A stretch of 57,064 nt of DNA. Origin: Minisyncoccota bacterium. Its GTDB lineage: Bacteria > Patescibacteriota > Minisyncoccia > Phycocordibacterales > GWA1-40-21. Positions 15,271 to 24,904 of the stretch are shown in pieces (within the stretch, counting starts at the first letter, position 1; each line of letters begins with the position of its first letter). Made by a program: the position numbers and the translations under genes. The notes beneath the pieces are model-generated. The model was given only the letters and a program-made list of their open reading frames with translations. It made no database searches and was not told the DNA's origin. The stretch spans positions 1-57,064 of the forward strand of contig JAVHRR010000003.1 of the NCBI GenBank assembly GCA_036171775.1, read 5' to 3'.

Positions 15271-17850
15271 ATGTTAAAAGACAATTATAAAGCATTGAGT
15301 CATCATATAAATCAAAATATTAAGCCTAAAGCTAAGAAAACTTTGTTTTTGGCTAACAAAAATAGAAAACAAATTTTTATTATTTCTATAGCTTTGTTTT
15401 TTGTTTTTTGTGGAATTATAGCTTTGTGGATTTCAACTTTTCAAATGCCCGACCTTCAGTCTTTTCAAACGAGAAAAGTTACTCAGTCTACAAAAATATA
15501 TGATCGCACAGGAAAAATTTTGCTTTATGATATTCATGAGAACACAAAAAGAATTGTTGTTCCTTTTGAAAATATTTCAAAAAATATAAAAAATGCTACT
15601 GTTGCTATTGAGGACGCGGAGTTTTATCAGCATGGTGGTATAAAAATCTCTTCTATTGTTCGTTCTGTTTTTTCTAACATTTTGTCTGGTAGTTTCAGCC
15701 AGGGTGGTTCTACTATTACACAACAGGTTATTAAAAATTCTTTACTTACTACTGAAAAAACAATATCTAGAAAACTAAAAGAATGGGTTCTTTCTATTGA
15801 GATTGAAAAGGTGATGACAAAAGAAGAAATACTTTCTGTATATTTGAATGCTAACCCTTATGGAGGTACAATTTATGGTGTTGAGGAAGCTAGCCAGGCT
15901 TTCTTTGGGAAAAAAGCCTCTGACGTTACTTTGGGTGAAGCTGCTTATCTTGCTGCAATACCAAAAGCACCTACATATTATTCTCCTTATGGACAAAACA
16001 AAACCCAACTCACAACAAGACAAAAACTTGTTCTTTTAAAAATGCTCGAAAACAAATTTATAACTCAGACGGAATATGATGAGGCCACAAAAGAAAAAGT
16101 TTCTTTTCTTCCACAAGAAAAATATGGTATAAGAGCGCCGCATTTTGTGGAGTTTATAAGACAGTATTTGGTAGAAAAGTATGGAGATGTTGCAGTAACA
16201 GAAAAAGGATTTAAAATCATCACAACGTTAGATTTTGACCTTCAGACTAAAGCTGAGGAAATCGTAAAAAGGAAAGCTTTGGAAAACGAAATTAATTTTA
16301 ATGCGGAAAACGCTTCTGTCGTGGCCATTGATCCTAAAACAGGACAAATATTAGCCATGGTTGGTTCTAGGGATTATTTTGATAAACAAATAGACGGCAA
16401 CTTTAACGTTGCCCTTGCCCACAGACAGCCCGGTTCTACATTTAAACCTTTTGTTTATGCAACCGCTTTCGAGAAAGGCTATACGCCAGACACTGTACTT
16501 TTTGACCTCCCTACAGAGTTTCAAACCACCTGCACACCTGATGGTAACCCGATAAATCCCGATGCAGTTATTTCTTCTTCTACCGCTTGTTATATGCCAG
16601 AAAATTATGATGGTAAATATTTGGGTCCTATTTCTCTACGAAATGCACTCGCTCAATCAAGAAACATTCCGGCCATAAAAACTTTATATCTTGCAGGAAT
16701 TAAAGACTCTATAGAAACAGCAAAATCTATGGGAATAAAAAGTCTTTCTGATGATCCAAATCAATATGGATTAACTTTGGTTATTGGGGGGGGTGAAGTT
16801 TCTTTACTTGATATGACCAGCGCTTATGGGGTGTTTGCAAATGATGGGGTAAGAAACCCTTACACAGGGATCATTTCAGTAGAAGATTTGCAGGGAAATG
16901 TTATTGAATCATTTAATCCAAATCCCCAAACTGTTCTTGTTCCAAACATCGCCGAAACAATTTCTGATGTTTTGTCTGATAATATGGCAAAAATACCCGC
17001 TTATGGATTAAACTCTCCTTTATTTTTTACTGGCAAACAAGTGGCTTCTAAAACAGGAACCACAAACAATTATAAAGATGTTTGGACTATTGGTTACACG
17101 CCTGAAATAGTTGTTGGTGCTTGGGCTGGAAACAACAACAACACCTCTATGGAAAAGAAAGTTGCGGGAACAATCATTGTTCCCCTATGGCATGAGGTAA
17201 TGGCTGTAGCACTTGCTAGCACAACTGGAGAAACTTTTGTAAAACCTGCCCCAATAGATCGCTCAATCAAACCTGTTCTTCGTGGTGTTTGGCAGGGTGA
17301 AGAAACTTATTTTATTGATAAAATTTCTGGCAAGCTTGCTACTGAACTGACGCCGGAAGAAACAAAACTTGAAGTTGTTATTCCAAATGTCCACTCAATC
17401 CTTTATTGGTTAAACAAAGAAGATCCTTTGGGTCCAGCACCAATATATCCCGCTGACGATTCTCAGTTTAGTTTCTGGGAGTACTCTGTCCAAAATTGGG
17501 TTACAGCCCACCCACAAGCCTCTACAACCAAACCAACCGCCCTTGATGATATTCACACCGAACAAAACAAACCAAGAGTTACAATCATTTCTCCTTTACT
17601 AAACAATGAGTATGACAAAGATGGTCGTATTGGTATTATGTTTTCAACCACTGCTAAATATCAGATTATTAAAGCGAATTTTTATCTAAATGAGGAGCTT
17701 GTTGGGTCTTCAGACGCCTTTCCTTTTATACTAAACTTTGTACCCTCTTCAACAAACTCTTTCTTTGTTGGAATTAATGATTTAAAAGTTGTTGTTTATG
17801 ATAGTGTTTATAACAAAGGGGAAGCTTCTATTGGAATAAAAATTAAGTAG
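15271..17850 (+). CDS. class A penicillin-binding protein (glycosyltransferase + transpeptidase) with a C-terminal extension
   Basis: An N-terminal TM, GT51 motifs (EDAEFYQHGG, GGSTITQQ), transpeptidase motifs STFKP and KTGTT, and about 200 extra C-terminal residues. Confidence 0.9.
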   Translation: MLKDNYKALSHHINQNIKPKAKKTLFLANKNRKQIFIISIALFFVFCGIIALWISTFQMPDLQSFQTRKVTQSTKIYDRTGKILLYDIHENTKRIVVPFENISKNIKNATVAIEDAEFYQHGGIKISSIVRSVFSNILSGSFSQGGSTITQQVIKNSLLTTEKTISRKLKEWVLSIEIEKVMTKEEILSVYLNANPYGGTIYGVEEASQAFFGKKASDVTLGEAAYLAAIPKAPTYYSPYGQNKTQLTTRQKLVLLKMLENKFITQTEYDEATKEKVSFLPQEKYGIRAPHFVEFIRQYLVEKYGDVAVTEKGFKIITTLDFDLQTKAEEIVKRKALENEINFNAENASVVAIDPKTGQILAMVGSRDYFDKQIDGNFNVALAHRQPGSTFKPFVYATAFEKGYTPDTVLFDLPTEFQTTCTPDGNPINPDAVISSSTACYMPENYDGKYLGPISLRNALAQSRNIPAIKTLYLAGIKDSIETAKSMGIKSLSDDPNQYGLTLVIGGGEVSLLDMTSAYGVFANDGVRNPYTGIISVEDLQGNVIESFNPNPQTVLVPNIAETISDVLSDNMAKIPAYGLNSPLFFTGKQVASKTGTTNNYKDVWTIGYTPEIVVGAWAGNNNNTSMEKKVAGTIIVPLWHEVMAVALASTTGETFVKPAPIDRSIKPVLRGVWQGEETYFIDKISGKLATELTPEETKLEVVIPNVHSILYWLNKEDPLGPAPIYPADDSQFSFWEYSVQNWVTAHPQASTTKPTALDDIHTEQNKPRVTIISPLLNNEYDKDGRIGIMFSTTAKYQIIKANFYLNEELVGSSDAFPFILNFVPSSTNSFFVGINDLKVVVYDSVYNKGEASIGIKIK

Positions 17851-17858
17851 CTTGTTTT

Positions 17859-17887
17859 AAAAAACACATATTATATATGTGTTTTTT
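17859..17887. terminator. bidirectional terminator between convergent genes
   Basis: Hairpin aaaaaacacatat / atatgtgtttttt. Confidence 0.6.
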
Positions 17888-18140
17888 AAACTATCTCACT
17901 TACTTTTCCTCCAGTTTTTTTGTTTAACAATTCAATTATTTTGCTTTTTTTTATAAATATTTGTGTTTTTACTATAGGTTTTTCGTTTATTCTTGCTGTG
18001 TAGTTTTTAACTTCTATTTTTGCTGGTTCTATTTCTATTCCACAAACTTCTTTTACTGCCTCTACTACTGAATTTCTTAAAAAAAACCTTGAATTGGATA
18101 ATATTTTAAATTTTTCTAGGTATTTTGCTATGTCAAACAT
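17886..18140 (-). CDS. small hypothetical protein downstream of dnaN (position and size reminiscent of DUF721/DciA-like proteins)
   Basis: An 84-aa ORF in the dnaA-dnaN operon context. The family assignment rests only on position and a vague sequence pattern. Confidence 0.35.
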   Translation of the reverse strand: MFDIAKYLEKFKILSNSRFFLRNSVVEAVKEVCGIEIEPAKIEVKNYTARINEKPIVKTQIFIKKSKIIELLNKKTGGKVSEIV

Positions 18141-18146
18141 TTTAAT

Positions 18147-18239
18147 AGGTTGTAGGTCGTAGCTTTTAGCTTATTAGTTTTTTAGAATAATTTATTTAAT
18201 TAAATTCTCTAAGAAGCCACTGAGCTACAAGCTAATTCC
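18147..18239. repeat. family A intergenic palindrome
   Basis: aggttgtaggtcgtagcttttagcttattag ... ctctaagaagccactgagctacaagctaattcc. Confidence 0.65.
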
Positions 18240-18242
18240 TGG

Positions 18243-19343
18243 TTAGCGGTTCATCGGCATTACTAAATATGTAAATGTTTTATCTGACACCCCTCTCAAG
18301 ACTAGTGGTTTATTTATTCCATTAAAAGAGAGTGAGACGCTGTCTGAATTTATTGATGACAAACAGTCTATTATGTATTTGTAGTTAAAATTTACCTCTA
18401 TGTCTTCCCCTTCTATGTTCGCTTCTATTTTATTTACACTTTCTCCTATGTTGTTGTTTTTTGTTTTTACTTTTATTGTTTTTTCTCCGTTTTTAACACT
18501 TATATTCATCTGGTTAAATGTATCGGAAAAAATATTTGATATTTTCAATGAGTTTATCAGGTCTTGTTTTAGCAAAACCACTTTCGTTTTCTCTTCTTTT
18601 GGTAATATTTGTTTGTAATCAGGAAAAACGCCGTCTATAACTCTTGAAATTAAATATATTCCGTTAAAAGTGAATGATATTTGGTTTTTTGTGGCATTAA
18701 TCTCTATATCGGTGTCTGTGTTGTCTATTATTTTAAGTATGTCTGCTGCGTTTTTAAAAGGAATTAAAACACTATTAATATCTATGTTTTTTCTTGTTTT
18801 GATTGTTTTTTCTGCAAGTCTGAAGGAGTCTGTGGCAACAAACACCAAGCTTTCTTCGTTTGAGTGTATATAAATACTAGCGAGCTCTGGTTTAACACTA
18901 GATAAAGATGCGCTATATATTACTGATTTAATACCTGTAATAAGGTCTTTTGAATTTATTTTGTAGTTTTTCTCATTATCTATCATTGGAACAGTTGGAA
19001 AATCTTCGTATGATTGTGTTTTTATGTTTACTTCGTTTGTTTGGGTATATATCTTTAATATCCCCTCTTTTGTTTCAAGGTTGATGTTTTTGTCGTCGTT
19101 TAGATTGTTTAAAAAACTACTTATGATGTTTGCTGGTACCGCAACCTTGCCTGGTTCCTCTACTTTCACAGGGATTAATATTTCTACCCCTAAATCTAGG
19201 TTCGTAGATCTTATAATAAGGGTGTTTCCTTTTGTTTCTAGTAGTAAGCACGATAAAACAGGCAGATTAATATTTTTAGTTACAATTTTTTCTGCTTTTG
19301 AAATCGCAATATGAAGTTTTTCTTTTAAACACTCTATTTTCAT
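18243..19343 (-). CDS. dnaN: DNA polymerase III beta sliding clamp
   Basis: 366 aa with a three-domain clamp pattern and the C-terminal LVMPMN motif, immediately downstream of dnaA. Confidence 0.9.
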   Translation of the reverse strand: MKIECLKEKLHIAISKAEKIVTKNINLPVLSCLLLETKGNTLIIRSTNLDLGVEILIPVKVEEPGKVAVPANIISSFLNNLNDDKNINLETKEGILKIYTQTNEVNIKTQSYEDFPTVPMIDNEKNYKINSKDLITGIKSVIYSASLSSVKPELASIYIHSNEESLVFVATDSFRLAEKTIKTRKNIDINSVLIPFKNAADILKIIDNTDTDIEINATKNQISFTFNGIYLISRVIDGVFPDYKQILPKEEKTKVVLLKQDLINSLKISNIFSDTFNQMNISVKNGEKTIKVKTKNNNIGESVNKIEANIEGEDIEVNFNYKYIIDCLSSINSDSVSLSFNGINKPLVLRGVSDKTFTYLVMPMNR

Positions 19344-19606
19344 TTTATTTTTTTATAATATCTATTAATTATTATTACAGATGTTTATATGTGTATAGTA
19401 ACCCTATCAATACCAGTAAGCTTATTTTAAAACCCAAAACAAACTTCATGTTATTTATTTGTTTCTATTTTTTTTATAAAAAACTTATAAAGAACTTATT
19501 AACAACTACTTAAACTTGTTATGAGAAACTTATCCATAACTTATCCATAGTTTTATTCACAACTCAAACAAAACATTTTCAAAATTCAATCATTAAACAA
19601 AACAAA
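19344..19606. other. candidate oriC segment (DnaA-box cluster plus AT-rich tract) between dnaA and dnaN
   Basis: TTATCCATA at 19530-19538 and 19541-19549, TTATTCACA at 19553-19561, and a very AT-rich stretch at 19344-19380. Confidence 0.5.
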
Positions 19607-20941
19607 CTACTTCAACATCGAACGAATCTGATCTATTTCTTGAACAAGCTCTGGGTCTGACTTTAAATCATTTTTAATTTTCTCATAAGAGTGTATGACT
19701 GTAGAATGGTCTCTGTTACCCACCTTGTCTCCTATTGATGGGAAAGAAATATCAAAATCCTCTCTTAAAAGATACATTATCACCTGTCTTGGTTTGATTA
19801 CTTCTTTTTTTCTACCCTTTTCAAAAATAGCTATCTCTTCAATACCATAAAAATCCGAAGTAACACGAATAACATCTTTAATAGAAACATTTTTCTTTGG
19901 TTTAGATGTGTTTTTAAGAAGTTCTTTTATTTCGTTTATGTTTAATTCCTTGTTTTTAAGGTCTGATTGGCACAAAATAAGGTTTAGAATACCCTCCAAC
20001 TCTCTAATGTTGCCCTCTACTGTAGAAGCCAAGAAATCAACGATATCATTTGATATATTAAGGTTCATAAGGGCGGACTTCTTTCTAAAAATCTGTATTC
20101 TGGACTCATAATCTGGCTTTTGTATTTCTACAATCATACCTGCATTAAACCTAGATTTAATACGCTCCTCAATATCTGTTATAAAGTTTGGATGCTTGTC
20201 TGAAGAGAAAATAAGTTGTTTTCCACCATCATGAAAACTGTTAAAAAGATGAAAGAACTCCTCTTGGGTTTTTGTTTTTGAAGATAAAAATTGAATATCA
20301 TCTATTATCAACAAATCATATTTTTTATATTTCTCTTTAAAAGTATTAATGTTTCCGCTATTTAAAGAGTTTAGATAATCATTAGCAAATTTTTCAGATG
20401 TCATATAAAAAATCTTCTTGCTAGGGTCAGCGGTTTTAAAATGGTTCCCCACCGCTTGTATAAGGTGTGTTTTTCCATGGCCAGTGCTACCAAAAATAAA
20501 CAAAGGATTATAAGCTGCGGTTTTTTTAAGTATTGCCTGTGAAGCTGCGTGTGCTAGCTCATTAAAAGGACCAATAACAAAAGTATCAAAAGTATATTTT
20601 GGATTTAGGTTGTCTTCTTTGTTTATATAAAAACTATTTAAAGGAAGCTCATTTGAACGATTTAGTCCTTCTTTTACAACAGTTTTGTTTTCTTCTTTAG
20701 AAACAACATATTCAACGTTTCTTATGTGTTCTCCAAAACTTCTTAAATTTTTCAAAATGTCTTTGTGATATTTGTTTAAAAGCCAATCTTTAACAAAAAC
20801 GTTTGGTACCCCTAAAAAAACAATACCGTCCTCCTGCTTAATGATGTATGTGTCTTTAAACCACATACTAAAATTTGCCTTAGAGATGCCAAGTTCTATT
20901 TGGGCGAGTACATTATTCCAAAGTGTTTTGTTTTCAATCAT
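19607..20941 (-). CDS. dnaA: chromosomal replication initiator DnaA
   Basis: Walker A GSTGHGKTHL, Walker B LLIIDDIQF, sensor motifs, and the C-terminal DNA-binding region with IGDKVGNRDHSTVIHS. Confidence 0.95.
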   Translation of the reverse strand: MIENKTLWNNVLAQIELGISKANFSMWFKDTYIIKQEDGIVFLGVPNVFVKDWLLNKYHKDILKNLRSFGEHIRNVEYVVSKEENKTVVKEGLNRSNELPLNSFYINKEDNLNPKYTFDTFVIGPFNELAHAASQAILKKTAAYNPLFIFGSTGHGKTHLIQAVGNHFKTADPSKKIFYMTSEKFANDYLNSLNSGNINTFKEKYKKYDLLIIDDIQFLSSKTKTQEEFFHLFNSFHDGGKQLIFSSDKHPNFITDIEERIKSRFNAGMIVEIQKPDYESRIQIFRKKSALMNLNISNDIVDFLASTVEGNIRELEGILNLILCQSDLKNKELNINEIKELLKNTSKPKKNVSIKDVIRVTSDFYGIEEIAIFEKGRKKEVIKPRQVIMYLLREDFDISFPSIGDKVGNRDHSTVIHSYEKIKNDLKSDPELVQEIDQIRSMLK

Positions 20942-21024
20942 TGGTGTAAATTATAAATTGATTTCCTGCTTAAAAGAAATTTTTTATTGTGAATAAGTTG
21001 TGTACAACTAGTGGACAAGGAAGT

Positions 21025-21194
21025 TAAAAAAGTAAAATGAAAAATGAAAAAATATAATCACAAACTATAAATAAAATTCATCAATCATTATAACCGAAAC
21101 AGAAGATAAAAAGACTTGTATTTTCTATCGATTTGGGTTATATTGCATTGTAAGTGAATGAGATTGTTTATTTTACTTTTTTCATTTTACTTTT
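21025..21194. repeat. family D inverted-repeat unit (AAAGTAAAATGAAAAATG termini), ORF-less
   Basis: The left arm is aaaaaagtaaaatgaaaaatgaaaaaat and the right arm is ttattttacttttttcattttactttt. The unit ends 5 nt before the rpmH ATG. Confidence 0.65.
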
Positions 21195-21199
21195 AAATT

Positions 21200-21334
21200 A
21201 TGTCATTCACATACAAACCAAAAAAAAGAAAGAGAGCAAAAACCCACGGTTTTCTTGTTAGAAGTAAGGGTAAATATGGTAAAAACACCATAAAAAGAAG
21301 AAGACAAAAAGGAAGAGCAAAACTATCTGTATAA
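21200..21334 (+). CDS. rpmH: 50S ribosomal protein L34
   Basis: Hand translation gives MSFTYKPKKRKRAKTHGFLVRSKGKYGKNTIKRRRQKGRAKLSV (44 aa, below the ORF-track cutoff). It sits in the canonical position divergent from dnaA and upstream of rnpA. Confidence 0.9.
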   Translation: MSFTYKPKKRKRAKTHGFLVRSKGKYGKNTIKRRRQKGRAKLSV

Positions 21335-21341
21335 ATTCACT

Positions 21342-21366
21342 AAAGGGCCATAATAGGCCCTTTTTT
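21342..21366 (+). terminator. terminator after rpmH
   Basis: Hairpin aaagggcc / ggcccttt followed by a T-run. Confidence 0.6.
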
Positions 21367-21394
21367 GTTGAAATAACACCAAATAAGTATATAA

Positions 21395-21535
21395 TTAACC
21401 CGTTAAAGTTTTTACAGACGTTATTGAAGGTTTTTCTGATAAACATTAATTTATATATTTAAATTTGTTTATAATTTAAAAAGAAGAGTTTTTAAAACAA
21501 TAACACCTTTATCAGTAAAAATTTTCTCGGGTAAA
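21395..21535 (+). mobile_element. family E MITE-like unit (TTAACCCGTTAAAG ... CTCGGGTAAA)
   Basis: Imperfect terminal inverted repeats ttaacccgttaaagttttt and aaaattttctcgggtaaa. Two more copies lie at 40849-40996 and 44583-44722. This copy ends 2 nt before the rnpA ATG. Confidence 0.7.
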
Positions 21536-21537
21536 CC

Positions 21538-21876
21538 ATGTTAAGTCGTAAGTATAGAGCAACAAGGATAAATATTGAAGAAACAACAAAAACAGGAATA
21601 TCAACTTTTGGAAAGTTTTTGTTTGCCAAAACATCAAAGAAAGAAACAGATAAGCCAGGTTTTGCTATAGTAATCTCTAAAAAAAATGAAAAAACCTCTG
21701 TCGGGAGACACAAAATAAAAAGGAAAATAAGTGGTTATATAGAACAAAACATACCAAAAGTCAACCCAAAATTTAAAAAAACAATAGTTTTTTTTATGAA
21801 AAAAGTAAATGAACCCCTAAATTATAAAGAAGTAGAAAAAGATGTAAAATTTGTTTTTGAAAAACTTGCAAACTAA
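21538..21876 (+). CDS. rnpA: ribonuclease P protein component
   Basis: 112 aa and basic, with a GRHKIKRKI (RNR-like) motif, positioned between rpmH and yidC. Confidence 0.8.
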   Translation: MLSRKYRATRINIEETTKTGISTFGKFLFAKTSKKETDKPGFAIVISKKNEKTSVGRHKIKRKISGYIEQNIPKVNPKFKKTIVFFMKKVNEPLNYKEVEKDVKFVFEKLAN

Positions 21877-21956
21877 GTATTTTTCTCCTCACAACCATGT
21901 TTTTGCCTTATAGTGTTCAATTTGTATATTTGGCTATTTTCGTATAGAATTGCTCC

Positions 21957-22706
21957 ATGTCATTTATATTTCACAATTTTTTTTACACCCCACTTTATAA
22001 TGGTTTAATCTTGTTTATAGACATAATCCCCTTCCACAATGTCGGTCTAGCCGTCATTCTTTTTACTTGTGTTATAAAAGTGATTATTTTCCCTCTTTCA
22101 CAGAAATCTATACGAACCCAATTCGAAATGAAGCAGATTGAACCTGAATTGAATGAGATAAAACTAAAACACAAAGACGATAAAAAAGTTCAAGCGGAAA
22201 AAACAATGCAGTTGTATAAAGACAGGGGCATAAACCCATTTGCTGGTATTTTTTTAATGCTGATACAACTCCCAGTTCTTATTGCTTTATATTGGGTTTT
22301 TCTTAAAGGAGGGTTACCACAGATAGACCAAGAAACAATATATTCGTTCACAAAAATACCAGAAATTATAAATATGAACTTTTTAGGAATAAGCGTTGCT
22401 GATAAAAGTATATTTTTTGCAGTGTTAGTTGCCGTTTCTCAATTTCTTCAAATGCAGATTACTATTCCTACACCTAAAAAAGTGGAGAAGAAGGATGACA
22501 AAACCCCAGCTTTCAGTGATGAATTGGCAAAGAGCATGAATATGCAGATGAAGTACGTAATGCCAGTTATTATGTTTTTTATAGCCAAAAACTTCCCTTT
22601 AGTTGTGTCTTTATACTTGATAACAAGTAGTTTATTTGCAATAGGACAGGAGCTATATATAAGAAGTAAATACAAAAACAATACTAAACAAGTGGTAAAA
22701 AAGTAA
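21957..22706 (+). CDS. yidC: membrane protein insertase YidC (short form)
   Basis: 249 aa and polytopic, with the conserved PLSQKS...MQLYKDRGINP and LPVLIALY pattern. Confidence 0.85.
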   Translation: MSFIFHNFFYTPLYNGLILFIDIIPFHNVGLAVILFTCVIKVIIFPLSQKSIRTQFEMKQIEPELNEIKLKHKDDKKVQAEKTMQLYKDRGINPFAGIFLMLIQLPVLIALYWVFLKGGLPQIDQETIYSFTKIPEIINMNFLGISVADKSIFFAVLVAVSQFLQMQITIPTPKKVEKKDDKTPAFSDELAKSMNMQMKYVMPVIMFFIAKNFPLVVSLYLITSSLFAIGQELYIRSKYKNNTKQVVKK

Positions 22707-22727
22707 AATATTTGCTATAAACAACAT

Positions 22728-23186
22728 ATGAATAATGAAAAAAACACAAAAAAACTAATAGAAGACATCCTTAATAATATGGGGGTTAGATATGATATTG
22801 TGGAGGAATCAGAAGATGCCCTATCACAAAAGAAACTATATAGAATAAAAAGCCCAGAATCGGGACTGCTTATAGGAGACAATGGCGAAACATTCCAAGC
22901 CCTATCGCACCTAATAAGAAGAATCGCCAGTAAGGGTTTAGAAGAGGTTGCTGACTTCTCAATAGATGTAAATGACTACAGATCTTCAATGATAGACAAA
23001 CTTAAAATGACTGCAGGAATACTTGCAAATAGGGCAAGAGACATGAAGACAGACGTTGAGATGGACCCAATGTCGTCTTATGAAAGACTTATCATACACG
23101 GTACCCTTTCAGGCCAACCAAACATAAAAACAGAATCAATAGGAGAAGGAAGAGAAAGAAGATTGATCATAAAATACGTTAAATAA
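22728..23186 (+). CDS. jag: Jag/KhpB-like RNA-binding protein (KH + R3H)
   Basis: Located downstream of yidC, with an R3H-like YERLIIHGTLS motif. Confidence 0.7.
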   Translation: MNNEKNTKKLIEDILNNMGVRYDIVEESEDALSQKKLYRIKSPESGLLIGDNGETFQALSHLIRRIASKGLEEVADFSIDVNDYRSSMIDKLKMTAGILANRARDMKTDVEMDPMSSYERLIIHGTLSGQPNIKTESIGEGRERRLIIKYVK

Positions 23187-23193
23187 ACAAACA

Positions 23194-23226
23194 ATACAAA
23201 AGAAGCGCCCCCCCCTTCTTTTGTAT
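23194..23226. terminator. bidirectional terminator between jag and the secretion locus
   Basis: Stem atacaaaagaag / cttcttttgtat with a C-rich loop. Confidence 0.55.
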
Positions 23227-23248
23227 TCCTAAAACTAATTATTACAAG

Positions 23249-24496
23249 CTACTGAACGAGTTTTAACAACCACAAACTTAAGTCTGATTTGTTTGAAAAG
23301 GACAAGTATTGGTCATCCAGACTTATTTTTAAATCGAAAGCATCTATAGTCACACTTTTATTTGATCCGATTTTGTATATTTCCTCCATAGCACCAGTCT
23401 CTGTGTTTATTTTCCAAATATTATCACTAAACGATACTAAACCTTGGTACCAAACATCAGGATAATTACCTGTCAAAACTGTTTGTGGTATTGCACAATA
23501 CAAAACCTTGCTATTACTATTTCCCCACACACATTTATCTGCCAAGGTTGTTATGTTCAAACCAGAGCTTATTTTGTTTATCGCACTGTAAACATCAAGA
23601 GAAAAAGATCCATTAATACTAGAAGAATATGCCACAAGACTCGCATCTTTGTTTGTTACGGTAGATAAACCGGTTATATTTCCAAGAATTCTATCAAAAG
23701 CATAGTTTTGTGTGTTAAAGAAATACAACAAACCCGCGTCCATATAACTAGGTTTTGTTGTGAAAGTTACAATATTATCTTTTGGCCATGAAATGTTCCA
23801 ATAAGAAATCGGAGAATCAAAAATTGTTTTTTTACTACTACCATCTAGGTTTGTGGTGTAGCCATATGTTCCAGACTTATCACTTTTATCTACGATAGAA
23901 AAAACTTTATCCCCTTTTGGATTTATAGCTAGTTGTTTGGTATTTAATGACAAGAATGAGCCTGTTAACTCCTGGGGTACGTTTAATATAGTTTGATCAA
24001 GTAATATTTTTGCAGAAAAACTACTTATATTGTCGGTGTTATTTTCTAAATATCTTAAAACTAGATTATCACCAGTATTTGACCAAACAGCCTCTTGTAT
24101 TTTGGGAACAGTTGTATTTGTAATTCTTTTTGGTGATCCTGTGAGACTTTCTGTTTCGTATTCATATGTATGGCCAACTGCTCTATCTGTAAACCTAATA
24201 ATGTTTTGACCACTACCATTTAAAAAGAAAACAGATCCAGAAGTTGGACTTCTATAAAGCTGAACAAGTTCTGAAAGATTTTTTGTCTCCGCAGGGATCT
24301 CTCCAGTCGGTGTTGTTTGTGTGCCGGTCGTAGGGGGAGGTTTGTTTCCAGAAGCGGTTCCAAAAGGGCTTGTCGTCGACGTAGTAACTGGCGGAGCGGT
24401 TGTAGTTTTACCTGAAAACAAATAGAAAAATAATAAACCACCTATTATAAGTGCTACAGATACTAATATTATAATAATTATATTTTTTCTAGACAT
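23249..24496 (-). CDS. membrane-anchored hypothetical protein, last gene of the T4SS-like locus
   Basis: 415 aa with an N-terminal TM (IIIIILVSVALIIGGLLFFYLF), a Thr/Pro-rich linker and a beta-rich ectodomain. No family recognised. Confidence 0.55.
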   Translation of the reverse strand: MSRKNIIIIILVSVALIIGGLLFFYLFSGKTTTAPPVTTSTTSPFGTASGNKPPPTTGTQTTPTGEIPAETKNLSELVQLYRSPTSGSVFFLNGSGQNIIRFTDRAVGHTYEYETESLTGSPKRITNTTVPKIQEAVWSNTGDNLVLRYLENNTDNISSFSAKILLDQTILNVPQELTGSFLSLNTKQLAINPKGDKVFSIVDKSDKSGTYGYTTNLDGSSKKTIFDSPISYWNISWPKDNIVTFTTKPSYMDAGLLYFFNTQNYAFDRILGNITGLSTVTNKDASLVAYSSSINGSFSLDVYSAINKISSGLNITTLADKCVWGNSNSKVLYCAIPQTVLTGNYPDVWYQGLVSFSDNIWKINTETGAMEEIYKIGSNKSVTIDAFDLKISLDDQYLSFSNKSDLSLWLLKLVQ

Positions 24497-24503
24497 TTTT
24501 ATA

Positions 24504-24890
24504 CTAGTTTAATAGAGTATTGTTTGAAAAATCAACCAACGCAGGATTTATTGTATAAAGTATTAACCAAGATATAAGGGCTATTCCCAAACCTTCTAAT
24601 GCACTTAATATTTTAGTCTTACCCTCGTCCTTCCCCATCCAAGAATCGGTTGTCATGTACAATACACCACCCCAAATTATCATCACCAAAGATAGAGCAA
24701 CAGCAACCGCAATACCAAAACTAAAAATATAGCTCAAATATACAGTAAGGGATGAAGGAGACACAGTTACTCCCGGAAAAGCGTTTCCCTCCAAAGGAAC
24801 ATATTGAACAGCAAGTGCTGACGTTGCAAATAACATAATAAACATTGATAAACTCACAGCTAATATTTTTTTAAAGTTTGATTTTTTCAT
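24504..24890 (-). CDS. small two-helix membrane protein, VirB2/TrbC pilin-like
   Basis: 128 aa with a signal peptide (MFIMLFATSALA) and two long hydrophobic helices. Its size and locus context fit a T4SS pilin. Confidence 0.5.
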   Translation of the reverse strand: MKKSNFKKILAVSLSMFIMLFATSALAVQYVPLEGNAFPGVTVSPSSLTVYLSYIFSFGIAVAVALSLVMIIWGGVLYMTTDSWMGKDEGKTKILSALEGLGIALISWLILYTINPALVDFSNNTLLN

Positions 24891-24904
24891 AAAATTTTAA
24901 TATA

